Assembly (NCBI GenBank): GCA_964016885.1
Contig: OZ024748.1
Coordinates: 42,284,001 to 42,348,000 of the forward strand
Reading direction: 5' to 3'
DNA from: Eledone cirrhosa
Taxonomy: Eukaryota
DNA length: 64,000 nucleotides
Part shown: piece by piece, positions 24,601 through 37,463 of the stretch
Layout: each line of letters starts with the position of its first letter
Numbering within the stretch: the stretch's first letter is position 1
Translations under genes and position numbers: made by a program
The notes under the pieces: generated by a model
The model's database searches: none
What the model was told of the DNA's origin: nothing
What the model saw: the letters and a program-made list of their open reading frames with translations, nothing else

Positions 24601-26407
24601 TTGCTGTGTTGACTGCTGTATATATTTTACACAGCTACAGTTGCTGTGTTGACTGCTGTATATATTTTACACAGCTACAGTTGCTGTGTTGACTGCTGCA
24701 TTTATTTTACACAGCTACAGTTGCTGTGTTGACTGCCACATACATTTTACACAGCTACAGTTGCTGTGTTGACTGCTGTATATATTTTACACAACTACAG
24801 TTACTGTGTTGACTGCTGTATATATTTTACACAGCTACAGTTGCTGTGTTGACTGCCACTTAAATTTTACACAGCTACAGTTGCTGTGTTGAGTGCTGTA
24901 TATATTTTACACAGCTACAGTTACTGTGTTGACTGCTGTATATATTTTACACAGCTACAGTTGCTGTGTTGACTGCCACTTAAATTTTACACAGCTACAG
25001 TTGCTGTGTTGACTGCTGTCTATATTTTACACAGCTACAGTTGCTGTGTTGACTGCTGTCAATATTTTACACAGCTACAGTTGCTGTGTTGACTGCCACA
25101 TAAATTTTACACAGCTACAGTTGCTATGTTGACTGCCACATAAATTGTACACAGCTACAGTTGCTGTGTTGACTACTGTATATATTTTACATAGCTACAG
25201 TTGTTGTGTTGACTGCTGTATATATTTTACACAGCTACAGTTGCTGTGTTGACTGCCGTATATATGTTACACAGCTACAGTTGATGTCTTTACTGCTGAG
25301 TATATTTTACACAGATACAGTTGCTGTGTTGACTGCTGTGTATATTTTACACAGCTACAGTTGCTGTGTTGACTGCTGTATATATTTTACACAGCTACAG
25401 TTGCTGTGTTGACTGCTGCATTTATTTTACACAGCTACAGTTGCTGTGTTGACTGCTGTATATATTTTACACAGCTACAGTTGCTGTGTTGACTGCTGTA
25501 TATATTTTACACAGCTACAGTTGCTGTGTTGACCACTGCCTTTATTTTACACAGCTACAGTTGCTGTGTTGACTGCCAGTTACATTTTACACAGCTACAT
25601 TTGCTGTGTTGAGTGCTGTATATATTTTACACAGCTACAGTTGCTGTGTTGACTGCTGCATTTATTTTACACAGCTACAGTTGGTGTGTTGACTGCTGTA
25701 TATATTTTACACAGCTACAGTTGCTGTGTTGACTGCTGTATATATTTTACACAGCTACAGTTGCTGTGTTGACTGCCACTTAAATTTTACACAGCTACAG
25801 TTGCTGTGTTGACTGCCATATATATTTTACATAGCTACAGTTGCTGTGTTGATTGCTGTATATATTTTACACAGCTACAGTTGCTGTGTTGACTGCTGTA
25901 TATATTTTACACAGCTACAGTTACTGTGTTGACTGCCATATATATTTTACATAGCTACAGTTGCTGTGTTGATTGCTGTATATATTTTACACAGCTACAG
26001 TTGCTGTGTTGACTGCTGTATATATTTTACATAGCTACAGTTGCTGTGTTGACTGCTGTATATATTTTACACAGCTACAGTTGCTGTGTTGACTGTTGTA
26101 TATATTTTACACAGCTACAGTTGCTGTGTTGACTGCTGCATTTATTTTACACAGCTACAGTTGCTGTGTTGACTGCTGTATATATTTTACACAGCTACAG
26201 TTGCTGTGTTGATTGCTGTATACATTTTACACAGCTACAGTTGCTGTGTTGATTGCTGTATATATTTTACACAGCTACAGTTGCTGTGTTGACTGCTGTA
26301 TATATTTTACATAGCTACAGTTGTTGTGTTGACTGCTGTATATATTTTACACAGCTACAGTTGCTGTGTTGACTGCTGTATATATTTTACACAGCTACAG
26401 TTGCTGT
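21607..26407. repeat. 40-bp satellite, ~120 units
   Basis: Unit TATATTTTACACAGCTACAGTTGCTGTGTTGACTGCTGTA with strict 40-bp periodicity and no visible indels. Confidence 0.97.
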
Positions 26408-26889
26408 ACCGGGTTATTTTTCTTCAGTAAAATGACTATTTTTTTAAACAAACATTTATTAACAACACAAGGCTTCAACATCAAACTATAGAGAAAAGCA
26501 GAAAAATATCTTACCGTTCCAATCACATGCGTTCAATAAGAATAACAATGACAAAAAAATCTCAAATGATGACCAGGAAAAAACCCATGTAAATTTTATT
26601 TGGTAACCTATGTCATATCTGAATGATTGACAAACGTCACATCAATAAACTAGTAATGCCATCTAGCTTTGAAGTTATGAACTGTTGGGAACGAGTTCAT
26701 AATTTTGAAGTTATGAACTGTTGGAAAGGAGTTCAAATATGTTAAGACAAGTTATCTTGTCTTAACATATTTGAACTGAAGAGGTTAAAATATTGGTTGT
26801 GTTGACTAATCTATTGTTTCTCTGTCTCTAATTAAGTTGTATTTGTCCTAACAGCTAATGCTTCATTTTAGAAATAAATCATTTCTAGA

Positions 26890-27105
26890 ACCATGGTGTA
26901 ATGTTACTCAATAGAGTTTGTAGTTCAGACATCAGAGAGTCACTCCAGGTAGATCTGCTACTTCTCCGAATTGAGAGGTCACAGCTCCGATACTATGGAC
27001 ATGTGGTTAAAATGTCTCAGAAAGAATCACTGGACATATTTTATGGGCAAAAACCAACTGGCAGGAGACCCAGGTGTAGACTCCAAGCAAAATGGTTGGC
27101 TAACA
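26890..27105 (+). mobile_element. RTE-like LINE 3' fragment (same family as 4725-4975)
   Basis: DIRESLQVDLLLLRIERSQLRYYGHVVKM...PTGRRPRCR. Confidence 0.7.
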
Positions 27106-27122
27106 CACACATATATATATCT

Positions 27123-29191
27123 AATGAGGAGAATAAATGAGAAAAAGATAGTCTGCCCCAAATCGATCCAATAGAGGGACCAGCAGTGCAAGTTAAAGGT
27201 AGTATAATAAGTAAGGCAATCAAAAGTATGAAGACAGCCTTCGGAGATAGTTGCTGAAATGCTGAAAGCATCTGGAATGGTGGGACACACTATGGTCACC
27301 TGGATAGTAAACCAAGTAATACAGAATGGGATCATACCAAATGACTGGCGTAGCAGCAGCATCATTAACTGCTACAAGGGTAAAGGAGATGCTCTAGATA
27401 GGGGAAACTACAGAGGTATTAAATTAGTTGATCAGGTCATGAAGGTGACAGAGAGCGAATTGATCTCGATGAAATGCAGTTTGGGTTTCTGTCAGGTAAA
27501 AGTACCAGAGACGCCCTTTTCCTTGTACGACAACTACAGGAGAAGTACCTAGCTAAAAGTAAACCCCTCTACTTAGCTTTTGTTGACTTGGAGAAAGCCT
27601 TTGACAGAGTCCCCCACTCCATTATCTGGTGTGCTCTTAGAAAACTAGGTGTTGATGAATGGCTTGTGAGAGCTATACAAGCCATGTATAAAGAAACAGT
27701 CAGCAAGGTTAGAATTAATAACGAATATAGTGAAAAATTTAGCGTAAAAGTTGGTGTTCATCAAGGCTCTGTCCTTAGTCCCCTCCGGCTATAACAGAGG
27801 AGTTCAAGACCGGCTGTCCATAGGAACTCCTATATGCAGATGATCTAACGCTCATAGCTGAATAGATGGCTGAACTAGAGAAGAAATTCCAAACATAGAA
27901 GCATAGCCTAGAATCAAAAGGCCTTAAAGTTAACTTGTCTAAGACTAAAGTTCTAGTATGTAGAAAGGAAAATAGGGCACAGGTCCCCTCTGGGAAATGG
28001 CCATGCTCAGTGTTTAGGAAAGGAGTAGGCAGAAATTCCATTTTATGTCTCAAATGCAAAGTATGGGTGCATAAAAGATGTAGTGGAATCCCAGGTAAGC
28101 TATCTAAAAACATAGATTTTATATGTGACCGATGCTCAGGTGCAATAAGTAGCAAGTGCCCACAGGATACCAGCTCCTTCTATTGCCCAGATGGTTCTAT
28201 AGAAATAGTGGACACCTTCCGTTACCTGGGTGACAAAATCAGCAGTGGTGGAGGGTGCTCTGAAAGTACAGTAGCCAGAGTCAGAATGGGATGGAAAAAG
28301 TTCAGAGAGCTTATACCACTATTGGTCACTAAAGGTTTCTCTCTAAAAATGAAAGGCAGACTGTATGATGCCTGCATACGAACAGCAATGCTACATGGCA
28401 GTGTGACATGGGCATTACGTGCAGAGGACCTGCGCAGACTGGAGAGGAACGAAGCATGCATGCTCCATTAGATGTGTAATAGTAATATACGTGAACGGCA
28501 AAGCATAAATGAACTAAGTGAGAGATTAGAAATAAGAGGGATCAGATGCTGTTTACTCGAGAGAAGACTACGTTGGTACGGTCACGTGATGCACATAAAA
28601 GACGAGAGCTGTATAAAAAAGTGCAGGGCGATCAAAATTGATGGAAGTTACGGAGTAGGCAGACCCAGAAAGACCTGGGATGATTTGATAAATTCCGACC
28701 TCACACACTTACACCTCTCTTAAACAATGTCACTGGACCGAGATCTTTGGCGCTACGCAGTAATACAGAAGACCCGCCTTGCCTATGTACAAAGCAAAAC
28801 CTACAGTCAGTAGGCACCTCTAACAAAATATACACCTCACCCCACTACCCCCACTCCCACCAACACCACCCCTTTCAATGTAAAGTTATGTTGGTACCAC
28901 AACATCCAGTCCATAATAAATGAGGTTGTGTAGGTGTCACGACAAAAAGCCCCACAGGCCACGCTGTAATGTGGCCATGTAGGTAACACGGTAAAAACCT
29001 CCCAGTCCACACTGTAAACATGGTTGGTGTTAGGAAGGGTATCCAGCCATAGAAAACCTGCCAGACAGTCCTATATGAGCAAGACACAGTCAGCCGACCA
29101 ATCTTGCCTCAAGTGGGACGATTCCCGTCTAAACCCATGCTAGCGTGAAAAATAGACGTTAAACGATGATGATGATGATGATGATGATGAT
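27123..29191 (+). mobile_element. 5'-truncated RTE LINE, degenerate
   Basis: Same motifs as the 19427 copy with several stops and deletions; (GAT)n tail. Confidence 0.92.
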
Positions 29192-29280
29192 ATATACACA
29201 TATACATATCATTATCATCATCATCATTTAACGTCTATCTTCCACGCTCTGCATATTTATATTTATATATATATTCATAT

Positions 29281-30036
29281 TCAACCATCTGGCAGGAAGG
29301 TATACGTTGCTGACGATAGCTAATAAGCTTGAAACTAGTACAGTGTTCCTTTGTCAGTGTTGAACAAATAAGCAACGATGGTTGCTAGACACTGTACGGC
29401 TTAATTCGGGATGTTTGTTTACAAACACACCGAGCATTATAATAAATGTTCGGTGAATCCATACGTACATATATATATGAGTGCATGTATATATATATAT
29501 ACCTACTACTGTACGTCTGTATACATATATGTATGTTCGTATACATACTTATATTTAAGTAACAGCCGTACTACGAGTGAGAAATGAAATTTCGTTTCAT
29601 TTTTTCCTTTTATCGTTTTCGGTACCCCGGCCGATTAACTCACTCGATATGCAAATTAGGCTGCTCAGCCGTTAATATGCATAAGAAAAGTATATACTTT
29701 CAGACGTTCAACCATCTGGCAGGAAGGCATACGTTGCTGACGATAGCTAATAAGCTTGAAACTAGTACAGCGTTCCTTTGTCAGTGTTGAACAAATGAGC
29801 AACGGTGGTTGCTAGACACTACGGCTTAATACGGGATGTTTATTTACAAACACACCGAGCATTATAATAAATGTTTGGTGAATCCATACGTACATATATA
29901 TATGTGTGCATGTATGTATATATATATATACATACTACTGTATGTCTGTATACATATATGTATGTTCGTATACATACTTATATTTAAGTAACAGCCGTAC
30001 TAAGGGTGAGAAATGAAATTTCGTTTCATTTTTTCC
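29281..30036. repeat. ~427-bp tandem duplication (1.8 copies) of unclassified sequence
   Basis: tcaaccatctggcaggaagg...gaaatttcgtttcattttttcc occurs at 29281 and 29708. Confidence 0.85.
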
Positions 30037-30252
30037 GTTGTTATATTCATACATCTTTGTATATATATATAACATTGGTAACTTTGATAGGTTTCGGCCA
30101 GTCTTAGCCCAGGCCATGGCTAACTTAATAATCTTGATTTATTTAAATCTCTCTATATCCATATCTATATTTATATATACCTATATTGATATCTCTCTAT
30201 ATGTAAATCTGTATTTATATATATATATATATATATTTCTATATATACTCAC

Positions 30253-30353
30253 TCAGCATGTTCTTGAAGTTGGATCATTTGATCATGATCTTTTGATCTC
30301 AGTTTCAGGGCTTTCAGCAATTTATGAGCAACCAATGCTGCCGGTAAAGCTTC
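30253..30353 (-). CDS. TRPM: TRPM exon 10: EALPAALVAHKLLKALKLRSKDHDQMIQLQEHA(D)
   Basis: catcag|GAA...GA|gtgagt; 101 nt, phase 0-2; AALVAxKLLK MHR4 motif. Confidence 0.93.
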
Positions 30354-30534
30354 CTGATGAAACACAATTGGGTAGAAACATTAAATGTTAACACATTTAA
30401 ATATACATCAAATAAATAAACCAAAACAAAACAAAAAAAATGATAAAATATTTTTGCTATAAATTCATTAATTATAAGTTAATTGTTCCATCTTTGCTCC
30501 ATTTTGCTTCATACTTAGCAGTTCCATACTAAGA

Positions 30535-32332
30535 CTGTTGATACCAAACTACCTCTGGTTATAACACTGTTATAACAGTTATAACACTGTTGATACTAAA
30601 CTATCTCTGGTCAGTTATAATACTGTTATAACACTGTTATAACACTGTTAATACCAAACTACCTCTGGTCATAACATTGTTATAACACTGTTATAATACT
30701 GTTAATACCAAACTACCTCTGGTCATAACACTGTTATAACACTGTTAATACCAAATTACTTCAGGTCCTAATATCATCATCATCATCATCGTTTAACGTT
30801 CTATCTTCCACGCTAGCATGGGTTTAGACGGTAATTACCCCATGTGCGGCAAGATTGGTTGTCTTGCTCGTATAGGACTGTCTGGCGGGTTTTCTACGGC
30901 TGGATGCCCTTCCTAACACCAACCACGTTTACAGTGTGGACTGGGAGGTTTTTACCGTGTTACCCACACAGCCACATTACAGCGTGGATTGTGTGCTTTT
31001 TTTGTCGTGACACCCACACGACCTCATTTATTTAGGACTGGATGTTGTGGTACCAACATAACTTTACAGAGAAAGGGGTGGTGTGGATGGAGGTAGGGGT
31101 AGGGTAGTGGGATGGGGGTGTATTTTTGGTTAGGAGGTGCCTACTGACTGTAGGTTTTGCTTTGTACTTAGACAAGGCGGGTCTTCTGTATTACTACGTA
31201 GTGTCAAAGATCTCGGTTCAGTGACATTGTTTAAGAGAGGTGTAAGTGTGTAAGGTCGGAATTTATCAGATCGTCCCAGGTTTTTCTGGGTCTACCTACT
31301 CCGTAGCTTCCATCTATTTTGATCGCCCTGCACTTTTTTATACAGCTGTTGTCTTTCATAGGCATCATGTGACCATACCAACGTACTCTTCTCTCGAGTA
31401 AACAGCATCTGATCCCTCTTATTCCTAATTTCTCACTTAGTTCATTTATGCTTTGCCGTTCACGTATATTACTATTACACATCCGATGGAGCATGCATGC
31501 TTCGTTCCTCTCCAGTCTGCGCAGATCCTCTGCACACAATGCCCATGTCTCACTGCCATGTAACATTGCTGTTCGTATGCAGGCATCATACAGTCTGTCT
31601 TTCATTTTTAGGGAGAAACCTTTAGCGGCCAATAGTGGTATAAGCTCTCTGAACTTTTTCCATCCAGTTCTGACTCTAGCTACTGTATTTCAGAGCACCC
31701 TCCACCACTGCTGATTTTGTCACCCAGGTAACGGAAGGTGTCCACTATTTCTATAGAACCATCTGGGCAATGGAAGGAGCTGGTATCCTGTGGGCACTTG
31801 CTACTACTTATTGCACCTGAACACTGGCCACATATAAAATCTACGCTCTTAGTTAGTTTACCTGTGATCCCACTACATCTTTTATGCACCCATACTTTGC
31901 ATTTGGGACATAAGATGGAGTTTCTGCCTACTCCTTTCCTAAACACTGAGCATGGCCATTTCCAAGAGGGAACCAGTGCCCTATTTTCCTTCTTACATAC
32001 TAGAACTTTAGTCTTAGACAGGTTCATTTTAAGGCCATTTGATTCTAAGCTATGCTTCCAAGTTTGGAATTTCTTCTCTCGTTCAGCCATTGATTCAGCT
32101 ATAAGCATTAGATCATCTGCATATAGAAGTTTCCATGGGCAGCCAGTCTTGAACTCCTCTATTAAGTTCCCATGGGCAGCCGGTCTGTTATAATACTGTT
32201 ATAACACTGTTATAGCACTGTTATAACACTGTTAATACCAACTACCTGTGGTCATAACACTGTTATAACACTGTTGTAATACTGTTATAACACTGTTATA
32301 ATACTGTCACAACACTGTTATAACACTGTTAT
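30535..32332. repeat. 11-bp (CTGTTATAACA)-based repeat, split by an RTE insertion
   Basis: Repeat at 30535-30770 resumes at 32185-32332. Confidence 0.8.
30773..32186 (-). mobile_element. 5'-truncated RTE LINE (from the YADD region to the 3' tail)
   Basis: Track ORFs 31231-31632 and 31680-32108; 3'UTR matches the 27123 copy; (CAT)n at 30773. Confidence 0.92.
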
Positions 32333-32577
32333 ACATTTATTTTAAAACTTACCATAATAATTCTATGTAAGCAACTTTATGCTCCAAACCCCTACTAAAT
32401 AACCCCTCCTACTAAATAACCCCTCCTAGCAGCAGCAGCAACTGGGGCTTAACTCTACAATGGACTAGTGTCCTGTCCATGGGGAAGTCATGTACTCCTG
32501 GTCAGTTAACACTAATAAAACTAAGATCAGTTCTGGCTTGGTGTACCTATTGACTCATAACAGACTTTAATGTTTAA

Positions 32578-33258
32578 CCCTTTAGCATTTAAACTGGCCG
32601 TATCTGGCCAGAATCCTCTCACCTCAAACTGGCCATAACCAGCTGCTCATACTTATGTTAAGGTATTGTTCTCAAAATAAATATAGATTCAATATTATGT
32701 GAGGTAAAGAATTTATTGTGAAAATACAATAGTATATATAGAGTAATGTAAATGTTATATGAGATATTATGTGAGGTAAAGCCTTTATTGTGAAAATACA
32801 ATAGTATATATAGAGTAATGTAAATGTTATGTGAAATATTATATGAGGTAAAGCCTTTACTGTGAAAATACAATAGTATATATATAGAGTAATGTAAATG
32901 TTATGTGAGATATTATGTGAGGTAAAGCCTTTACAATGAAAATACAATAGTATATATAGAGTAATGTAAATGTTATGTGAGATATTATGTGAGGTAAAGC
33001 CTTTACCGTGAAAATATAATAGGATATATAGAGTAATGTAAATGTTATGTGAGGTAAAGCCTTTACTGTGAAAATACAATAGTATATATATAGAGTAATG
33101 TAAATGTTATGTGAGATATTATGTGAGGTAAAGCCTTTACAATGAAAATACAATAGTATATATAGAGTAATGTAAATGTTATGTGAGATATTATGTGAGG
33201 TAAAGCCTTTACTGTGAAAATACAATAGGATATATAGAGTAATGTAAATGCTAAAAGA
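32578..33258 (-). mobile_element. TTAA MITE copy with ~8 72-bp units, reverse orientation
   Basis: ttaa|CCCTTTAGCATTTAAAC ... GTAAATGCTAAAAGA|ttaa. Confidence 0.82.
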
Positions 33259-33280
33259 TTAATATAACAAATTGACTTAC

Positions 33281-33369
33281 CATGGTTTCTTTCCAAAATA
33301 GAAATGCCATGTCTCTCCTGTTCAAAAGTACTGACCACAGAAACAATTCATTTGCAGGGTAAAGGTACT
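33281..33369 (-). CDS. TRPM: TRPM exon 9: (E)YLYPANELFLWSVLLNRRDMAFLFWKETM
   Basis: atttcag|AG...ATG|gtaagt; 89 nt, phase 1-0; hallmark LFLWxVLxNRxxMAxxFW motif. Confidence 0.96.
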
Positions 33370-33464
33370 CTGAAATATGAGCAGCCAAATGTCATACATA
33401 AATAAATGGAAGGCATGATGGTAAAGATCTGTTGAACTCATCCAAGCATAGAAAACATAATAAT

Positions 33465-33650
33465 AATTGTTTCTACATTTGGCACAAGGCCAGTAATTAC
33501 CCAGTGCATTACTGGTACTTTATTTTATTGACCCCGTAAGGATGAAAGGCAAAGTTAACCTCGGCAGGATTTGAACTCAGATCATAAAGGGCCGTAACTC
33601 TATGCTACAAAGCATGGCATCCGACCCTCTACAGATGCTGCCAATCCACA
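33465..33650 (-). mobile_element. tRNA-derived SINE copy
   Basis: Close match to 2879-3042 (ggatttgaactcaga...aaagggccgtaactc...gcatggcatccga). Confidence 0.78.
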
Positions 33651-33666
33651 TAATAGTAATACTAAC

Positions 33667-33763
33667 CTCGAGCGTATGTTTTATAACAGTAGGAAAAATA
33701 GTCGTCATTCATGAGGAAATTAATTAGAGAAGCCACATCATCCATGGTAAGAGTGTCCATTTT
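33667..33763 (-). CDS. TRPM: TRPM exon 8: KMDTLTMDDVASLINFLMNDDYFSYCYKTYAR
   Basis: tttccag|AAA...G|gttagt; 97 nt, phase 0-1; resembles the TRPM 'xTLxDVxxxIxxLM' helix. Confidence 0.88.
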
Positions 33764-33846
33764 CTGGAAACAACGAAATACAACTGAATATTATATCTTT
33801 ATATGAGATAATTTCAAACTGGAGTGTTATATCTTGTGATATCAAA

Positions 33847-35780
33847 TAGCTACCTATAGTACTTGGTGGTGGTGTTAGTCCTCTACCAGTTAGCTACCTA
33901 TAGTACTTGGTGGTGGTGTTAGTCCTCTACCAGTTAGCTACCTATAGTACTTGGTGGTGGTGTTAGTCCTCTACCAGTTAGCTACCTATAGTACTTGGTG
34001 GTGGTGTTAGTCCTCTACCAGTTAGCTACCTATAGTACTTGGTGGTGGTGTTAGTCCTCTACCAGTTAGCTACCTATAGTACTTGGTGGTGGTAGTCCTC
34101 TACCAGTTAGCTACCTATAGTACTTGGTGGTGGTGTTAGTCCTTTACCAGTTAGCTACCTATAGTACTTGGTGGTGGTGTTAGTCCTCTACCAGTTAGCT
34201 ACCTAAAGTACTTGGTGGTGTTAGTCCTCTACCAGTTAGCTACCTAAAGTACTTGGTGGTGTTAGTCCTCTACCAGTTAGCTACCAATAGTACTTGGTGG
34301 TGGTAGTCCTCTACCAGTTAGCTACCTATAGTACTTGGTGGTGGTGTTAGTCCTCTACCAGTTAGCTACATAAAGTACTTGGTGGTGGTGTTAGTCCTCT
34401 ACCAGTTAGCTACCTAAAGTACTTGGTGGTGTTAGTCCTCTACCAGTTAGCTACCTAAAGTACTTGGTGGTGTTAGTCCTCTACCAGTTAGCTACCAATA
34501 GTACTTGGTGGTGGTAGTCCTCTACCAGTTAGCTACCTATAGTACTTGGTGGTGGTGTTAGTCCTCTACCAGTTAGCTACCTAAAGTACTTGGTGGTGGT
34601 GGTAGTCCTCTACCAGTTAGCTACCAAAGTACTTGGTGGTGGTGTTAGTCCTCTACCAGTTAGCTACCAAAGTACTTGGTGGTGGTGGTAGTCCTCTACC
34701 AGTTAGCTACCTATAGTACTTGGTGGTGGTAGTCCTCTACCAGTTAGCTACCTATAGTACTTGGTGGTGGTGTTAGTCCTCTACCAGTTAGCTACCTAAA
34801 GTACTTGGTGGTGGTGGTAGTCCTCTACCAGTTAGCTACCAAAGTACTTGGTGGTGGTGTTAGTCCTCTACCAGTTAGCTACCAAAGTACTTGGTGGTGG
34901 TGGTAGTCCTCTACCAGTTAGCTACCTATAGTACTTGGTGGTGGTAGTCCTCTACCAGTTAGCTACCTATAGTACTTGGTGGTGGTGTTAGTCCTCTACC
35001 AGTTAGCTACCTAAAGTACTTGGTGGTGGTAGTCCTCTACCAGTTAGCTACCTATAGTACTTGGTGGTGGTGTTAGTCCTCTACCAGTTAGCTACCTAAA
35101 GTACTTGGTGGTGGTGGTAGTCCTCTACCAGTTAGCTACCAAAGTACTTGGTGGTGGTGTTAGTCCTCTACCAGTTAGCTACCAAAGTACTTGGTGGTGG
35201 TGGTAGTCCTCTACCAGTTAGCTACCTATAGTACTTGGTGGTGGTAGTCCTCTACCAGTTAGCTACCTATAGTACTTGGTGGTGGTGTTAGTCCTCTACC
35301 AGTTAGCTACCTAAAGTACTTGGTGGTGGTGTTAGTCCTCTACCAGTTAGCTACCTATAGTACTTGGTGGTGGTGTTAGTCCTCTACCAGTTAGCTACCT
35401 ATAGTACTTGGTGGTGGTGGTAGTCCTCTACCAGTTAGCTACCTATAGTACTTGGTGGTGGTGTTAGTCCTCTACCAGTTAGCTACCTATAGTACTTGGT
35501 GGTGGTGTTAGTCCTCTACCAGTTAGCTACCTAAAGTACTTGGTGGTGTTAGTCGTCTACCAGTTAGCTACCTAAAGTACTTGGTGGTGGTGTTAGTCCT
35601 CTACCAGTTAGCTACATAAAGTACTTGGTGGTGTTAGTCCTCTACCAGTTAGCTACCTAAAGTACTTGGTGGTGTTAGTCCTCTACCAGTTAGCTACCTA
35701 AAGTACTTGGTGGTGTTAGTCCTCTACCAGTTAGCTACCTATAGTACTTGGTGGTATTAATCCTCTACCAGTTAGCTATC
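33847..35780. repeat. 44-bp minisatellite (~45 units; 41/43/44-bp variants)
   Basis: Unit TAGCTACCTATAGTACTTGGTGGTGGTGTTAGTCCTCTACCAGT. Confidence 0.96.
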
Positions 35781-36557
35781 TCATGCACTATAAGTATCTA
35801 TACTTACATATACATTAGAGAGCAACAGTATTTATATATACATTAGAGAGCTACAGTATCTATATTTATATATACATTAGAGAACTACTGTATTTATATT
35901 TATATATACATGTGAGAGCTACTGTAGTTATATATACGTGAGATATATACTTATATATATTATGAGATTCTGACAGCGTATGTATATATATATACATATA
36001 TACATGCATATATATATGTATATATATATATATAAACTTCTAATTATTTTTGAGAGATGACCCCTTAGCCTTTGTCAAGGCAGAATTCTAGGAGAAGGAA
36101 AACTCTGATATAACACCTGCAACCCTGATGGTATCCAATGATGTTGACTTGTTCTTCTTTTTGGTAAATATCATCTTGGTTAAGAGAGTGGGACTGGCTT
36201 TGTGCAGTACCTTTGCTCACTATAAAAGCTTCACGGCACAGGCATTGCTTTATATCTGGAGATCTCTCTGCACTTGTCGTCACATGGTACCATGGGCCCA
36301 GCACTATGTGTCAATAATTGTCACAAGTGTAGTGTTTGTACCAGAGTTTTTAAGTCGCTGGCTGGACTAAAAAGCCACACTCATTCAGCGCATCGGTAGG
36401 GCTTCTCCTACATGGATATAAAGTAGTGGCCGTACTCGAAAACGAGTTGGCAGCCACCATGTATGTATATATACATATGTATATATGTATATACATATGT
36501 ATATATGTATATATATATGTATATATGTAATATATGTTTTTCTTTCTTTGCAATTAC

Positions 36558-36611
36558 CTTGTTTTTGGAGGCTAATTCAAACAGATTGTACAACCAGGTA
36601 TTTTTCTGAAT
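36558..36611 (-). CDS. TRPM: TRPM exon 7: IQKNTWLYNLFELASKNK
   Basis: ttctcttccag|ATT...AAG|gtaatt; 54 nt, phase 0-0; matches the 'xxxxTxLyxL' segment after LxELY. Confidence 0.85.
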
Positions 36612-36794
36612 CTGGAAGAGAAAGAGAAAAAATATTATATTAAAATCTGATAGACACAGCCACCTGACTTGACTTAACACAAACGGGACAGCCTGTCTAA
36701 CCCATGCTAACATGGAAAAATGGACATTAAATTGTGATGAGGAATAATATAAATGATTAAAAAATAGTTGATTTTCGTTGGCTAAGATACTCAA

Positions 36795-37000
36795 CCAGGC
36801 CATTAAATTAGACTATTAAATCCGGCCATTAAATCAAACAATTAAACTAGACCATTAAATCTGACCATTAAATCTGATCATTAAATTGGACCATTAAATT
36901 ATATCATTAAACCAGGCCATTAAATCAGACTATTCAATTGGACCATTAAATTAGATAATTAAATTAGAGAATTAAATTAGAGAATTAAATCAGATTGTTA
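36795..37000. repeat. 13-bp degenerate repeat (CCATTAAATYAGA)
   Basis: Visible directly. Confidence 0.8.
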
Positions 37001-37328
37001 AATGAGTGAAAAAGTAAACATTAATATATAATGCGAAGCAGTCATTGTGTTGTTTTGTGCTTTTTAATAATGTTTTGCTAATAATTGTTTATACTTTTGG
37101 CACAAGGCTAGCAATTACTCCAGTGCATTACTGGTACTATATTTTATCAACCTTGTAAGGATGAAAGACAAAGTTAACCTTGGCGGGATTTGAATGTCTT
37201 GCTAATAATGTGATCTCATGTGGTACAGGATGTTAATCGTTAATATTATAAAACCAGCTAAACCAAGCTGACCCTAAGAAGCCATTTAGAGATCAGAAAA
37301 CATTAAGAAAGGATATTTTAAACCCTAC

Positions 37329-37463
37329 TTTGTTATATAATTCTGTGAGACATTTGGTGGATAAGAAAGTTTTCAAGCTGACTCCATATTCCATAAAAAG
37401 TTTCACAAAGTCGACACGATCTTCGTGAAGTGCAAAGAACATAAATTTATCCAAAGTGCCAGA
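37329..37463 (-). CDS. TRPM: TRPM exon 6: SGTLDKFMFFALHEDRVDFVKLFMEYGVSLKTFLSTKCLTELYNK
   Basis: ttttcag|TCT...AAA|gtaggg; 135 nt, phase 0-0; ALxxDRVDFVKLxxExGVxLxxFL..LxELY motif. Confidence 0.96.

Noticed and set aside
21607-26407. CRISPR-like look (constant ~30 nt plus variable ~10 nt)
   Set aside because: The variable parts are recurring point variants rather than unique spacers, there are no cas genes, and the context is a eukaryotic intron.
26510-26620. Possible extra TRPM exon (GTAAG donor at ~26514; a similar one at ~32352)
   Set aside because: The neighbouring exons already join in frame with continuous TRPM motifs, and I found no convincing acceptor or homology.
36065-36460. GC-richer patch with short ORFs, possibly a LINE UTR
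   Set aside because: No recognisable protein motif or boundaries.
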